From Actinomycetota bacterium (GTDB taxonomy: Bacteria; Actinomycetota; Acidimicrobiia; IMCC26256; PALSA-555), in the NCBI GenBank assembly GCA_016870355.1, contig VGBR01000002.1:3893-67892 (forward strand): DNA of 64,000 bases, given 5' to 3'. The first letter of the stretch is position 1, and each line of letters starts with the position of its first letter. Both the position numbers and the translations under genes were made by a program. Under the pieces are notes generated by a model. That model was not told where the DNA came from. It did not search any database and saw only the letters and a program-made list of their open reading frames with translations. Below are positions 27,602-36,486 of this stretch, one piece after another.

Positions 27602-27617
27602 TGTGCGCGGACGCACA
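27602..27617. promoter_or_regulatory. CRP/FNR-type palindrome TGTGC-N6-GCACA upstream of whiB
   Basis: A perfect 5-6-5 inverted repeat lying about 93-108 nt upstream of the whiB start. In mycobacteria, whiB1 is known to be controlled by Crp. Confidence 0.3.
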
Positions 27618-27703
27618 AGGGCGCTGACCTGCACCTTTGCCCAGAAACCTGACACCAGCGTCGGGCTTGGGTTGGCGCGTTGCCGTCCCTAGGCTCCGGC
27701 GCC

Positions 27704-28408
27704 ATGGCCCGACCGCTCGTGCTCGCTCATCGCGGCGCGCGCCGGGACGCGCCTGAGAACACCCTGGCGGCGTTCTCTCTGGCCCTCGCACAGGGTGCCG
27801 ACGGGGTAGAGCTCGACGTCCACCGGACCGCCGACGGGGGGCTGGTGGTCCACCACGACGCTGACGCCAAGCGGCTCGGGGTGCTGGCGACCCGGACTCT
27901 CGCCGAGATCCGGGATGCCCGGCCCGACATCCCCACCCTCGACGAGGTGCTCGACGCCTGCACCGGAGCCCTCGTGAACATCGAGATCAAGAACCTCCCC
28001 GGGGACGGCGACTTCGATCCCGAGGAGGTGGCGGCCGAACTGGTGGTCGAGTGCCTCCGCCGAAGGGGGAACGACCAGGTCATCGTCTCGTCGTTCAACC
28101 TGGCCACGATCGACCGGGTGCGGACGTTGGATCCTTCGGTCCCGACCGCCTTGCTCATCATGCGCGGCATCGAGCCGTTGGTCGCCCTCGATCTCTGCCA
28201 CGAGCGCGGGCACGGCGCGCTCCACCCCTTCACCAAGCTGCTCAAGGGCGAGGCTGCGAACGTGGTGATCGGACGGGCGAACGAGCTGGATGTGCGCGTG
28301 CACGTGTGGACGGTGAACGACACCAAGGAGATGGTGCGCCTCGCGGATGCTGGCGTGCACGCGGTGATCACCGACCTCCCCGGCGCCGCGGCGCGCGCTC
28401 TGTCCTAG
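27704..28408 (+). CDS. glycerophosphodiester phosphodiesterase (GDPD family)
   Basis: Carries the GDPD motifs LAHRGARRDAPENT and GVELDVHRTADGGLVVHHD. The start is ATG 27704, with TTG 27680 as the alternative. Confidence 0.85.
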   Translation: MARPLVLAHRGARRDAPENTLAAFSLALAQGADGVELDVHRTADGGLVVHHDADAKRLGVLATRTLAEIRDARPDIPTLDEVLDACTGALVNIEIKNLPGDGDFDPEEVAAELVVECLRRRGNDQVIVSSFNLATIDRVRTLDPSVPTALLIMRGIEPLVALDLCHERGHGALHPFTKLLKGEAANVVIGRANELDVRVHVWTVNDTKEMVRLADAGVHAVITDLPGAAARALS

Positions 28409-29325
28409 ACCTTGGGCATCACCAGGGTGAGCGTGTCGGAGACGAAGCGGATCTCGAGGCGCTCGACCTCACCCAGGTAGTCGCCGTCGACCTGCCACGG
28501 GAACGGCCCGTGGTTGGCTACGAACGTGATGCGGTCGACGTCGGAGAGCTGGAGGATGTCGCGCTGCTTCTCGATCCGGCGTCCCCGGACCATCGCGGAT
28601 GCCGCGGCCGGGAGGATGACTCCCATCTCGAGCCGCCGGAACATCGTCAGCGCGAGCTTGTGGTCGAGCCCAGCCCTGTTGGTCACCTTCAACGGCCGCG
28701 GGCCGAAGAACGCGTACGGCGCGTTGTTCGACACGATCGAGAAGAACCCGTCGCCCATGTCCTCGCCGTCGACCTCGACCCGGTACTGGGGATGGTCACG
28801 GTCGTAGCCGCGGAAGAACGTCGTGAAGGCGGCGACGGCGAACATTGGGTGAGCCATGTAGCGCTTGAGCCGGCTGTGCCGCTCGACCTGCTCGATCACC
28901 TCGGCGTCGAACCCGGTTCCGAGGTGGAAGAGGAAGTGGCGGCCGTTGCCGTTCCCCAGCCCGATCCGGCGGAACGACTTCCGCTCGATGGACTCCATGA
29001 CCTGTTCCAGCGCGGGGTCGATGCGGTTCTTCATCCCGATGCTCCGGGCGAACACGTTGGTCGAGCCCGCGGGCAGGGGAGCGAGGGCGGTCTGCGTGCC
29101 GGCCAGCCCGTCGGCGGCTTCGTTCAGCGTGCCGTCGCCGCCGGCGACGACGACGACGTCGACCCCATCGCGTGCCGCATTGCGAGCGAGCCGCGTGGCG
29201 TGTCCGCGGCTCGCCGTCTCCGCGACCTCGAGCCGATGATGCCGACCGAGCTCCCGTTGGATGCGCACGCGGCGGCGCGGCGTCATCGACGACGCGGTGT
29301 GGTTCACGATCAGCAAGAGCCGCAT
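28405..29325 (-). CDS. diacylglycerol/lipid kinase family protein (DAGK_cat)
   Basis: The internal ATG at 29325 (MRLLLIVNH...) gives 306 aa. The GGDGT motif is present (VVVAGGDGTLNEA). Confidence 0.85.
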   Translation of the reverse strand: MRLLLIVNHTASSMTPRRRVRIQRELGRHHRLEVAETASRGHATRLARNAARDGVDVVVVAGGDGTLNEAADGLAGTQTALAPLPAGSTNVFARSIGMKNRIDPALEQVMESIERKSFRRIGLGNGNGRHFLFHLGTGFDAEVIEQVERHSRLKRYMAHPMFAVAAFTTFFRGYDRDHPQYRVEVDGEDMGDGFFSIVSNNAPYAFFGPRPLKVTNRAGLDHKLALTMFRRLEMGVILPAAASAMVRGRRIEKQRDILQLSDVDRITFVANHGPFPWQVDGDYLGEVERLEIRFVSDTLTLVMPKV

Positions 29326-29364
29326 GAGAGTCAGCCAATCTACGTGACCAAATAGGGTCCGGGC

Positions 29365-30045
29365 GTGGCGGACTCGCTGACGTTGGTGACGAACGAGATC
29401 ACCACGTGCCGCGCGTGTCCGCGACTCGTCGAGTGGCGTGAACAGGTTGCACGCGAGAAGCGCGCAGCCTTCGCGACGGAGGAGTACTGGGGTCGTCCCG
29501 TTCCTGGGTTCGGAGACCCGGATGCGCGCATCCTGATCCTCGGACTCGCGCCCGCTGCACATGGTGGGAACCGAACAGGCCGCGTGTTCACCGGCGACCG
29601 GTCGGGGGACTGGTTGTTCGCCGCGCTGCACCGCGCCGGGCTGGCGAACCAGCCGACATCGGTGCACGCGGGCGACGGGCTCGAGCTGCGTGGCGCGTAC
29701 ATCGCCGCGGCCGTTCGATGCGCTCCGCCCGCCAACAAGCCGACCACCGAGGAACGCGACCGGTGCCTCCCGTACTTGGTACGTGAGCTCGACCTGTTGA
29801 CCGCGGCAAGCGTGATCGTTGTGCTCGGCGCGTTCGCCTACGAGGCGGCATGGCGGACGCTCGGCAGCGCCGGGATCGAGCTTCCGAAGCCGCGCCCCCG
29901 CTTCACCCACGGCCTTGAGGTGCCGACCACGCGAGCGACGATCGTGGGTTGCTTCCACCCGAGCCAGCAGAACACCTTCACCGGGAAGCTCACCGAACCG
30001 ATGCTCGACGACGTCTTCGCGAGGGCGAACGAGCTCGCCAGCTAG
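29365..30045 (+). CDS. uracil-DNA glycosylase superfamily protein, family 5 (UdgB-like)
   Basis: The motif ILILGLAPAAHGGNRTGRVFTGDRSG fits the GLAPA-type motif A of family 5. Fe-S cysteines are present (CRACPRL...). Confidence 0.75.
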   Translation: MADSLTLVTNEITTCRACPRLVEWREQVAREKRAAFATEEYWGRPVPGFGDPDARILILGLAPAAHGGNRTGRVFTGDRSGDWLFAALHRAGLANQPTSVHAGDGLELRGAYIAAAVRCAPPANKPTTEERDRCLPYLVRELDLLTAASVIVVLGAFAYEAAWRTLGSAGIELPKPRPRFTHGLEVPTTRATIVGCFHPSQQNTFTGKLTEPMLDDVFARANELAS

Positions 30046-30857
30046 ATCAGGGCGATCAGCTCGATGATGCCGTAGACCACCGCGATCACCCCGAGCACCC
30101 CGCCGACGATGACGCGGAGCCGGTGCTCGGCAAGGCCGATCGTGATGTGCGCGCCAAGCCGCGCCCCCGGCACGATGCCCACGGCGAGGGGAATGGCGTA
30201 CCCCCAGTCGATGTGCCCCAGCGCGGCATGGCTGATCGTGCCGGGGATGGCCAAGACGCCGACACACGCGAGCGAGGTCGCGAGCGCTGGCTTCAATGCC
30301 ATCCGGACCCAGCCGGTGAACATCGGCACCATCAGCACGCCACCGCCGATGCCGAGCAGGCCGCTGAGCCCTCCCGCGAGCAGGCCGGTCACTGCGAGCT
30401 TCGGACGCGACGCGTAGTCGCCGCGCCCCATGCCAACAGATCTGGTGGCGGCTTCGGCGTCGCTCTCGGCGAGATCATGCTCCTCGGTGACTGGCGCACG
30501 CGCGACACGAAACGACGTGAAGATCAGCACGAGCGCGATCGAGAGCGTGAGCGCGTGCGGCTCTGGGATCGCGTCAGCGGCGATCGCGCCGCCGACCGAC
30601 GACACGATCCCGAAGGGTGCGGTCCAGAGGAACACTCGACGGATCACGAGCCCCTCACGCTGGTACCGCAGCGCGCCAGTGAGCGCACCCGGGATGATGG
30701 CGGGGAGCGTGGAACCGACCGCGATGCGCGGTCCGGCGCCAAGTGCGCGCAGTGCGGGGTTCGAGATGATCGCGCCGCCGATCCCGAACATGCCGGACAG
30801 CACGCCGGTGACGGCGCCGGCCACGATCGTGAGGGCGACCTGCCACCACTCCGGCAT
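30042..30857 (-). CDS. TauE/SafE-family sulfite/anion exporter
   Basis: A 271-aa polytopic protein with duplicated 4-TM halves and Gly-rich helices (GMFGIGGAII, GLLGIGGGVLMVP). Confidence 0.75.
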   Translation of the reverse strand: MPEWWQVALTIVAGAVTGVLSGMFGIGGAIISNPALRALGAGPRIAVGSTLPAIIPGALTGALRYQREGLVIRRVFLWTAPFGIVSSVGGAIAADAIPEPHALTLSIALVLIFTSFRVARAPVTEEHDLAESDAEAATRSVGMGRGDYASRPKLAVTGLLAGGLSGLLGIGGGVLMVPMFTGWVRMALKPALATSLACVGVLAIPGTISHAALGHIDWGYAIPLAVGIVPGARLGAHITIGLAEHRLRVIVGGVLGVIAVVYGIIELIALI

Positions 30858-30862
30858 TTACG

Positions 30863-31050
30863 GGAGGCTACCGACCGCGCCGCAGGTATCCTGCGGCGCC
30901 GGTAGCCGGAGCCCGCGAAGGCGGCGGCTTTGCCGACCGCCGAAGCAAAGAGCCGAGCTTGCGAGGCGACCAATGATGTCGGCGGCTCGCGCGCGAAGCG
31001 CGCAAGAGCGGAGAAGCGGAGGCTACCGAGCCGATCGGGGCGATAGCCTC
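30863..31050. repeat. structured intergenic element with three stable hairpins bounded by a 12-nt direct repeat
   Basis: The direct repeat GGAGGCTACCGA occurs at 30863-30874 and 31018-31029. The hairpins are at 30866-30907 (18 bp with a 3-nt bulge), 30920-30941 (GGCGGCGGC-TTT-GCCG(A)CCGCC) and 31019-31050 (GAGGCTA...TAGCCTC). The 30911-30972 segment is roughly 85 percent similar by eye to the 70-bp unit at 8787. Confidence 0.6.
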
Positions 31051-31055
31051 GAACC

Positions 31056-31952
31056 GTGGCCGATCCGATGTTGCGCGGCGTCTACATCCCGCTCATCACA
31101 CCGTTCGAGAAGGATGGATCGGTCGCACTCGATGCCCTCGAGCGCCTCAGCCACGAGCTGCTCGACGCCGGCTGCGCGGGTCTCGTCCCGCTCGGCACGA
31201 CGGGTGAGTCACCGTTCCTCGATGCTGACGAGCAGCGCGCCGTGGTCGACGCCTGCGCATCCGTGTGCCGCGAACGCAACGCACATCTCGTAGTCGGCGC
31301 GGGCACCAACAGCACCACGAAGACGATTGCGGCAGTCGAAGCGCTTGCGAGTGGCGAAGGTACGACCGCGACCTTGATCGTGGTGCCGTACTACGTGCGA
31401 CCGAGCCAGGCCGGGATCGTGGCGCACTTCAAGGAAGTCGCGAAGGCGAGTCCCGTTCCGGTCGTCGTCTACAACATCCCCGCTCGCACCGGACGACTGC
31501 TCGAACCGGCCGGACTCCTCGAGCTCGCGAGCACGCCGAACATCTGTGGCGTGAAGCAGTCCGCGGGCACGCTCGACGACGGCACGTTGCAGGTGCTGGC
31601 CGAAGCACCCGACGACTTCGCCGTGCTGAGCGGTGACGACTACCTCATGTTCCCGATCACCACGCTGGGCGGCGCGGGTGGCATCGCGGCCGCGGGTCAC
31701 GTGTGCACCGAGCGCTGGGTCGCCATGGTCGAGTGCGGGCTCGCCGGCAAGGTCGAAGAGGGCCGCCGCCACCACGAGGCGCTGCTGCCGGTCGTGAGCA
31801 CCGGGTTCGCGGAGCCGAACCCGGCGGTCTTCAAGGCAGTCCTGCATGCCCAAGGTCGGATCCCGACTCCCGACGTTCGCTTGCCACTCGTCAACGCTTC
31901 GAGCGCCGCGCTCGAGAGTGCGCTCGCGGCCGTCGACTCCGCTTCCGCCTGA
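31056..31952 (+). CDS. dapA: 4-hydroxy-tetrahydrodipicolinate synthase
   Basis: Has the DapA/NAL family pattern (ITPF, GTTGES, VVPYY, catalytic GVKQS). The start is GTG 31056 or ATG 31068. Confidence 0.9.
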   Translation: MADPMLRGVYIPLITPFEKDGSVALDALERLSHELLDAGCAGLVPLGTTGESPFLDADEQRAVVDACASVCRERNAHLVVGAGTNSTTKTIAAVEALASGEGTTATLIVVPYYVRPSQAGIVAHFKEVAKASPVPVVVYNIPARTGRLLEPAGLLELASTPNICGVKQSAGTLDDGTLQVLAEAPDDFAVLSGDDYLMFPITTLGGAGGIAAAGHVCTERWVAMVECGLAGKVEEGRRHHEALLPVVSTGFAEPNPAVFKAVLHAQGRIPTPDVRLPLVNASSAALESALAAVDSASA

Positions 31953-32048
31953 GGGAGCCACCTCCTGAGCAGCTTCCAGGCGCGCGTCCAAGCCAAAGCA
32001 GAAGAGCGCCGGTGGCTGATCCTGATCGTCCTGTGCTTCAGCCTGCTC

Positions 32049-33608
32049 GTGATCGTGCTCGACAACTCGATCCTCAACGTCGCGATCCCGACGATCCAGA
32101 AGGAGCTGCGCGCCTCGACCAGTGAGCTCCAGTGGATGGTCGACTCGTACACGTTGGTGTTTGCCGGCCTGTTGCTCACCGCAGGAAGCCTCGGTGACCG
32201 CTTCGGACGACGGCCCGCGCTCCAGTTCGGCTTCATCATCTTCGGGCTGGGTTCGGTCCTCGCCGCGATCTCGGGGAGCGCGGGCGAGCTCATCGGCTTC
32301 CGCGCGTTCATGGGCATCGGCGGCGCGTTCATCATGCCGGCGACGCTCTCGATCATCACGAACGTGTTCCCCGCGCGTGAGCGTGGTCGCGCGATCGGGA
32401 TCTGGGCTGCGACGGCGGGTGTGGCGGTCGCGCTTGGTCCGCTGACCGGCGGCTTCTTGCTCGAGCACTTCTATTGGGGATCGGTGTTCCTCGTGAACAT
32501 CCCGATCGTGGTGATCGGCCTGCTTGCTGGCGTGTTCCTGATCCCCGACTCGAAGGACCCGAGCACGCGCAAGCTCGACCCCGTGGGCGCGTTGCTGTCG
32601 ATCGTGAGCTTGTCTGCGCTGCTCTACTCCGTCATCGAGGCACCTGAGCGAGGGTGGACCGACGGCGCGACGCTCACGTTCTTCGGTGTGGGCGCGGTGC
32701 TGCTCGCCCTCTTCTTCATCTGGGAGGTCCGTCGACCCGATCCGATGCTGGACCTGTCGTTCTTCAAGAACCCGCGGTTCTCGGTCGCGAGCGTCTCGAT
32801 CATGTTCACGTTCTTCGCGATGTTCGGGTCGCTGTTCGTGATGACGCAGTACTTCCAGATCGTGATCGGATACTCGCCGATCGAGACCGGCGTGCGGCTG
32901 CTTGCGTTCGCGATCCCGATGATGGTGATCGCACCAATGAGCTCCCGCTTCGTCGAGCGACTCGGCGCAAAGGTCGTGATCGCCATCGGGTTGTCTCTGT
33001 TCGCGGCCGGTCTGCTGCTGAGCACCGGACTCGACCAGTCAGCCGACTACGGCGACATCGTGTGGCGCATCCTGGTGATGGCGGTCGGCATGGCGATGAT
33101 CATGGCGCCGTCCACCGACTCGATCATGGGATCGCTCCCATTGGCGCGCGCCGGCGTGGGTTCGGCCGTCAACGACACCACTCGCCAGGTCGGTGGCGCT
33201 GTGGGGGTTGCGGTGGTCGGCAGCGTCTTCGCGTCCGTGTACGGCTCGAAGGTCGGTGAGCTCCTGACCGATGCGGGATCACCGAATGAGGTGGTGCGTG
33301 CCGCCCGTCACTCGATCGTTGCCGCGATGCGCGCGGCTGCGCGCATCGGTGACGAAGGCCTTGCGACGGCCGCGAAGTCCGCCTTCGTCGACGGTTTCCA
33401 TGCCGGCCTGTATGTGGGCGCGGGAGTGCTCATCGTCGGCGTGATCGCCGTGAGCCTGTGGCTCCCCGCCCGCGCCCGCGCCGAGGACATCGATCGTCAG
33501 CACGCGGAATGGGAGGCCGCCCGAGTGCCGACAGGTGTCCGCGAGCCCTTCCTTCACCTCGGCGAGCCGTCGACCGAACATACGTTCGACTCTAGACCAC
33601 GCCTGTGA
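32049..33608 (+). CDS. MFS transporter, DHA2/EmrB-like (14-TM type)
   Basis: Carries LDNSILNVAIPTIQ and GSLGDRFGRR motifs and many TM helices. The track start at GTG 32049 truncates TM1. The frame is open from 31953, and CTG 31965 is preceded by GAGGGAG. Confidence 0.85.
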   Translation: MIVLDNSILNVAIPTIQKELRASTSELQWMVDSYTLVFAGLLLTAGSLGDRFGRRPALQFGFIIFGLGSVLAAISGSAGELIGFRAFMGIGGAFIMPATLSIITNVFPARERGRAIGIWAATAGVAVALGPLTGGFLLEHFYWGSVFLVNIPIVVIGLLAGVFLIPDSKDPSTRKLDPVGALLSIVSLSALLYSVIEAPERGWTDGATLTFFGVGAVLLALFFIWEVRRPDPMLDLSFFKNPRFSVASVSIMFTFFAMFGSLFVMTQYFQIVIGYSPIETGVRLLAFAIPMMVIAPMSSRFVERLGAKVVIAIGLSLFAAGLLLSTGLDQSADYGDIVWRILVMAVGMAMIMAPSTDSIMGSLPLARAGVGSAVNDTTRQVGGAVGVAVVGSVFASVYGSKVGELLTDAGSPNEVVRAARHSIVAAMRAAARIGDEGLATAAKSAFVDGFHAGLYVGAGVLIVGVIAVSLWLPARARAEDIDRQHAEWEAARVPTGVREPFLHLGEPSTEHTFDSRPRL

Positions 33609-33688
33609 CAGTCACAAAAAGCGGGTCTGACCTGGGAAAACGCCGCCGACGGAGCACCATCGTGCGCGGCTCCTGAACGTCCAGAGCC

Positions 33689-33710
33689 GGCGGGGAGGCC
33701 CTTCCCCGCC
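33689..33710. terminator. bidirectional terminator-like hairpin between convergent genes
   Basis: ggcgggga-ggccct-tccccgcc forms an 8-bp GC stem 6 nt from the DAHP synthase stop. Confidence 0.45.
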
Positions 33711-33716
33711 CCGAGA

Positions 33717-35084
33717 TCAGCGCCTGAGGAGCTCGGCGGTCTCGAAGGCGAGGTCGAGGGACTGACGCGCGTTGAGGCGCGGGTCGCACATGGTCTCGTA
33801 GCGGTCCTTGAGGTCGGTGTCGCCGATCTTCTCAGTGCCGCCGAGGCACTCGGTGACGTTGTCGCCCGTCAGCTCGACGTGCACCCCGCCCGGCCACTCG
33901 TCGTTGGCGTGGCACACGTCGAAGAAGCCGTGGAGCTCGCGCATGATGTCGTCGAAGCGGCGCGTCTTGTATCCGCTTTCGTGCTGGAACGTGTTCCCAT
34001 GCATCGGGTCGCATGCCCAGAGCACCGGGTGGTTGGCCAGCTTCACCGCGCGCACAAGCGCGGGAAGCGTCTCGGTGATCCGATCGGCGCCCATCCGGCT
34101 GAAGAGCACGATGCGGCCGGGCTCGCGACCCGGGTTGAGTCGCTGGCAGAGGCCGACGGCGTCCTCGGGGGTCGCGTCGGGTCCGAGCTTCACGCCGATC
34201 GGGTTGTGCACGCCGGAGAGGAACTCCACGTGGGCACCGTCGAGCGCGCGGGTTCGCTCGCCGCACCAGAGGAGGTGCGCAGAGCAGTCGTACCAGTCGT
34301 TGGTGATGCTGTCGCGACGGGTGAGCGCCTCCTCGTAGCCGAGGATCAACGCTTCGTGCGCGGTGTAGACGTCGACCTGATGGAGCTGGAGCTCGGCTTC
34401 GAGGTCGATGCCGCAGGCGCGCATGAAGCGCAGTGCCCGGTCGATCTCGTTGGCCAGCACCTCGTAGCGCTGCCCCTCGGTGCTGCTGGTGACGAACTCC
34501 TGGTTCCACGCGTGCACGCGTGAGAGGTCGGCGAACCCGCCCTTGGCGAACGCTCGAATCAAGTTCAACGTCGCCGCCGACTGGTGGTAGCCGCGCACGA
34601 GTCGTTGCGGATCGGCGAGGCGCGCAACCGCGTCGAACGCGAAGTCGTTCACGTTGTCGCCGCGGAACGAGGGCAGCGTGACCCCGTCGCGGGTCTCGGT
34701 CGCCGCCGAACGGGGCTTCGAGAACTGACCGGCCATCCGCGCGGCCTTGATCGTCGGGACGCCGCTGCCGTACGTGAGCACCACCGACATCTGGAGGATC
34801 ACGCGCACGGTGTCGCGGATGGAGTCGGCCGAGAAGCTGGAGAACGACTCGGCGCAGTCACCCGCGACGAGCAAGAACCCCTTGCCCTCACGTGCAGCGT
34901 CGAGTGACTCCGACAGCGTGCGCGCCTCACCAGCGAACACCAGCGGTGGGAGCTTGCGAATCTCGTCGAGCGCGGCGTCCAGCACCTGCTCGTCGGGCCA
35001 CTCCGGCTGTTGCGCGGCGGTGCGCGAGCGCCAGGACTCCGGCGACCAGCTGCGTTCGAACAGCTCGTCGGGCATGACGGACAC
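33717..35084 (-). CDS. aroG: class II (plant/actinobacterial type) 3-deoxy-7-phosphoheptulonate synthase
   Basis: 455 aa. The N-terminus (WSPESWRSRTAAQQPEWPD) and the body are typical of type II DAHP synthases. Confidence 0.9.
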   Translation of the reverse strand: MSVMPDELFERSWSPESWRSRTAAQQPEWPDEQVLDAALDEIRKLPPLVFAGEARTLSESLDAAREGKGFLLVAGDCAESFSSFSADSIRDTVRVILQMSVVLTYGSGVPTIKAARMAGQFSKPRSAATETRDGVTLPSFRGDNVNDFAFDAVARLADPQRLVRGYHQSAATLNLIRAFAKGGFADLSRVHAWNQEFVTSSTEGQRYEVLANEIDRALRFMRACGIDLEAELQLHQVDVYTAHEALILGYEEALTRRDSITNDWYDCSAHLLWCGERTRALDGAHVEFLSGVHNPIGVKLGPDATPEDAVGLCQRLNPGREPGRIVLFSRMGADRITETLPALVRAVKLANHPVLWACDPMHGNTFQHESGYKTRRFDDIMRELHGFFDVCHANDEWPGGVHVELTGDNVTECLGGTEKIGDTDLKDRYETMCDPRLNARQSLDLAFETAELLRR

Positions 35085-35086
35085 GG

Positions 35087-35635
35087 TTACAGGTAGCCGC
35101 TCGGGGGTTCGCCGGTCCCGGGCGCGCCACCGTCGCCAGGCACGGCCTGGAGCGCGCGGCGCTGGCGCATCTCCTCGAGCTGGCCTTGGGCCATGGCCTG
35201 CTGCGTGAACAGCGTCGCCTGGATCCCGTGGAAGAGACCCTCGAGCCAGCCGACCAGCTGCGCTTGCGCGAGACGGAGCTCGGATTCGGTCGGCGCGTCG
35301 GAGGTGAAGGGCAAGACCACTTCTTCGAGCTCCTTGTGGAGCTCGGGCGACAGGACGGTCTCGAGCTCCTCGACCGACTTCTCGTGGATCTCACGGAGTC
35401 GGCTGCGGCCGGCGTCGTCGAGCGGGGCTCGCCGCACCTCGTCGAGCATGCTGCGGACCATCGACGCGATGCGGATGAGCTTGGTCGGCTTCGTGACCTG
35501 CTCGGCGTCGGCGTCGGCGTCGGGCATGGCCGGACCGGAACCGGGGCCGCCTTCGACGACCTCCGGCTTCACGGGCTCGCTGGGTGCAGATGGGTCACGG
35601 TCGCTCAACGGTCCTCCGAGATGTCGAGACACCAA
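35087..35635 (-). CDS. bpa: bacterial proteasome activator Bpa/PafE family
   Basis: Strongly similar to M. tuberculosis Rv3780 as I remember it (AQAQLVGWLEGLFHGIQ). It ends in the proteasome-docking GYL tail. Confidence 0.85.
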   Translation of the reverse strand: MVSRHLGGPLSDRDPSAPSEPVKPEVVEGGPGSGPAMPDADADAEQVTKPTKLIRIASMVRSMLDEVRRAPLDDAGRSRLREIHEKSVEELETVLSPELHKELEEVVLPFTSDAPTESELRLAQAQLVGWLEGLFHGIQATLFTQQAMAQGQLEEMRQRRALQAVPGDGGAPGTGEPPSGYL

Positions 35636-35662
35636 GGATAGGGAGTGCAGCCGCTCCGGCCG

Positions 35663-36475
35663 CTACTGGTTGGCGGCGCCTGGTGTCGCGTGGTTGCCGA
35701 GCACCTCAGGCGGGCGACGGCCTTCCGAGCCCGGCGTGCGAGGACCGGGGACGTCGCGGAAGCCGTAGGCGATCGGCTCCCGACCGGGCTGACACACCCA
35801 GCAGCGGCCGTTCTCGCCACAGGTGATCGCATGCACGACCGCGTCGGCGATCTGCTCGGGCGGGATGAGCGGGAAGCCGAGGTCGGCGACGATCCCCTTG
35901 ATCTGCTCGTCGATGATGTTCGTGTCGGTGAAGCCCGGGTTCACGCAGTTGGCAGTGATGCCGAGTGGCTCCACCGTGGGCGCGATCGATCGGATGAGCC
36001 CGACGACGGCGTGCTTCGTGGCCACGTAGACGGGATCGGGCGCGAACGGGATCAAGCCCGCGAGCGAAGCAGTGGCGACGATCGCGCCGCCGCCTCGCGG
36101 CTCCATCTCGCGGATGGCGGCGCGTGCGCCGTAGAACACGGCGTCGAGGTTGACGCGCATGATCTTGCGGTACAGGTCGTCGTCGATCTCGCGGATGTCG
36201 GCGTGGCCGATCGCGATGCCGGCGTTCAAGAACGCGATGTCGACGGTGCCGAACGTCTCGATGCAGTGAGCGAACGCGGCGTCCGTCTGCTCGACGTCGC
36301 CGACATCGGCTTGCACGAACGTGCCGTTGACCGACTTCGCCACCTCGCGCCCGGCTTCTTCGCTGAGGTCGGTGATGCAGACGCGCACGCCTTCTTCAGC
36401 GAGGCGGTGCGCGGTGGCGCGCCCGATGCCGGAGGCGCCACCGCTGATGAGTGCGACCTTGGCGGCAAGATCCAT
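35663..36475 (-). CDS. SDR-family oxidoreductase
   Basis: The internal ATG at 36475 gives 270 aa. It carries GGASGIGRA (TGxxxGxG) and YVATKHA (YxxxK). Confidence 0.85.
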   Translation of the reverse strand: MDLAAKVALISGGASGIGRATAHRLAEEGVRVCITDLSEEAGREVAKSVNGTFVQADVGDVEQTDAAFAHCIETFGTVDIAFLNAGIAIGHADIREIDDDLYRKIMRVNLDAVFYGARAAIREMEPRGGGAIVATASLAGLIPFAPDPVYVATKHAVVGLIRSIAPTVEPLGITANCVNPGFTDTNIIDEQIKGIVADLGFPLIPPEQIADAVVHAITCGENGRCWVCQPGREPIAYGFRDVPGPRTPGSEGRRPPEVLGNHATPGAANQ

Positions 36476-36486
36476 GTGAGGTTCCG

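Noticed and set aside
28051-29355. Many long ORFs in the six-frame track overlap confidently called genes in other frames or on the other strand. Examples are 28051-29355 (+), 6885-8063 (-), 19457-20728 (-), 16250-17182 (+), 52171-53889 (-), 57623-59233 (-) and 61087-61965 (-).
   Set aside because: Their products are dominated by Arg, Pro, Ala and Gly with no motifs. This is typical of stop-poor alternative frames in high-GC DNA. Each is fully shadowed by a gene with clear family signatures.
30863-31029. Reading the 12-nt direct repeat GGAGGCTACCGA as a target-site duplication of a mobile element.
   Set aside because: There are no terminal inverted repeats adjacent to the direct repeats and no transposase. 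Each copy is itself the 5' arm of a hairpin, so the duplication may simply reflect two related stem-loops. I left this as an open possibility inside the finding.
30858-31055. A lysine (L-box) riboswitch upstream of dapA, suggested by strings such as CGCCGAAGCAAA and, in the related 70-bp unit, CCGGTGCATTG.
   Set aside because: I could not find the other conserved L-box cores (GAGGCGC P1/P2 junction, AGUA loop-E, CCUGG, ACUGUCA) or a five-helix junction on either strand. The similarity is limited to short GC-rich words.
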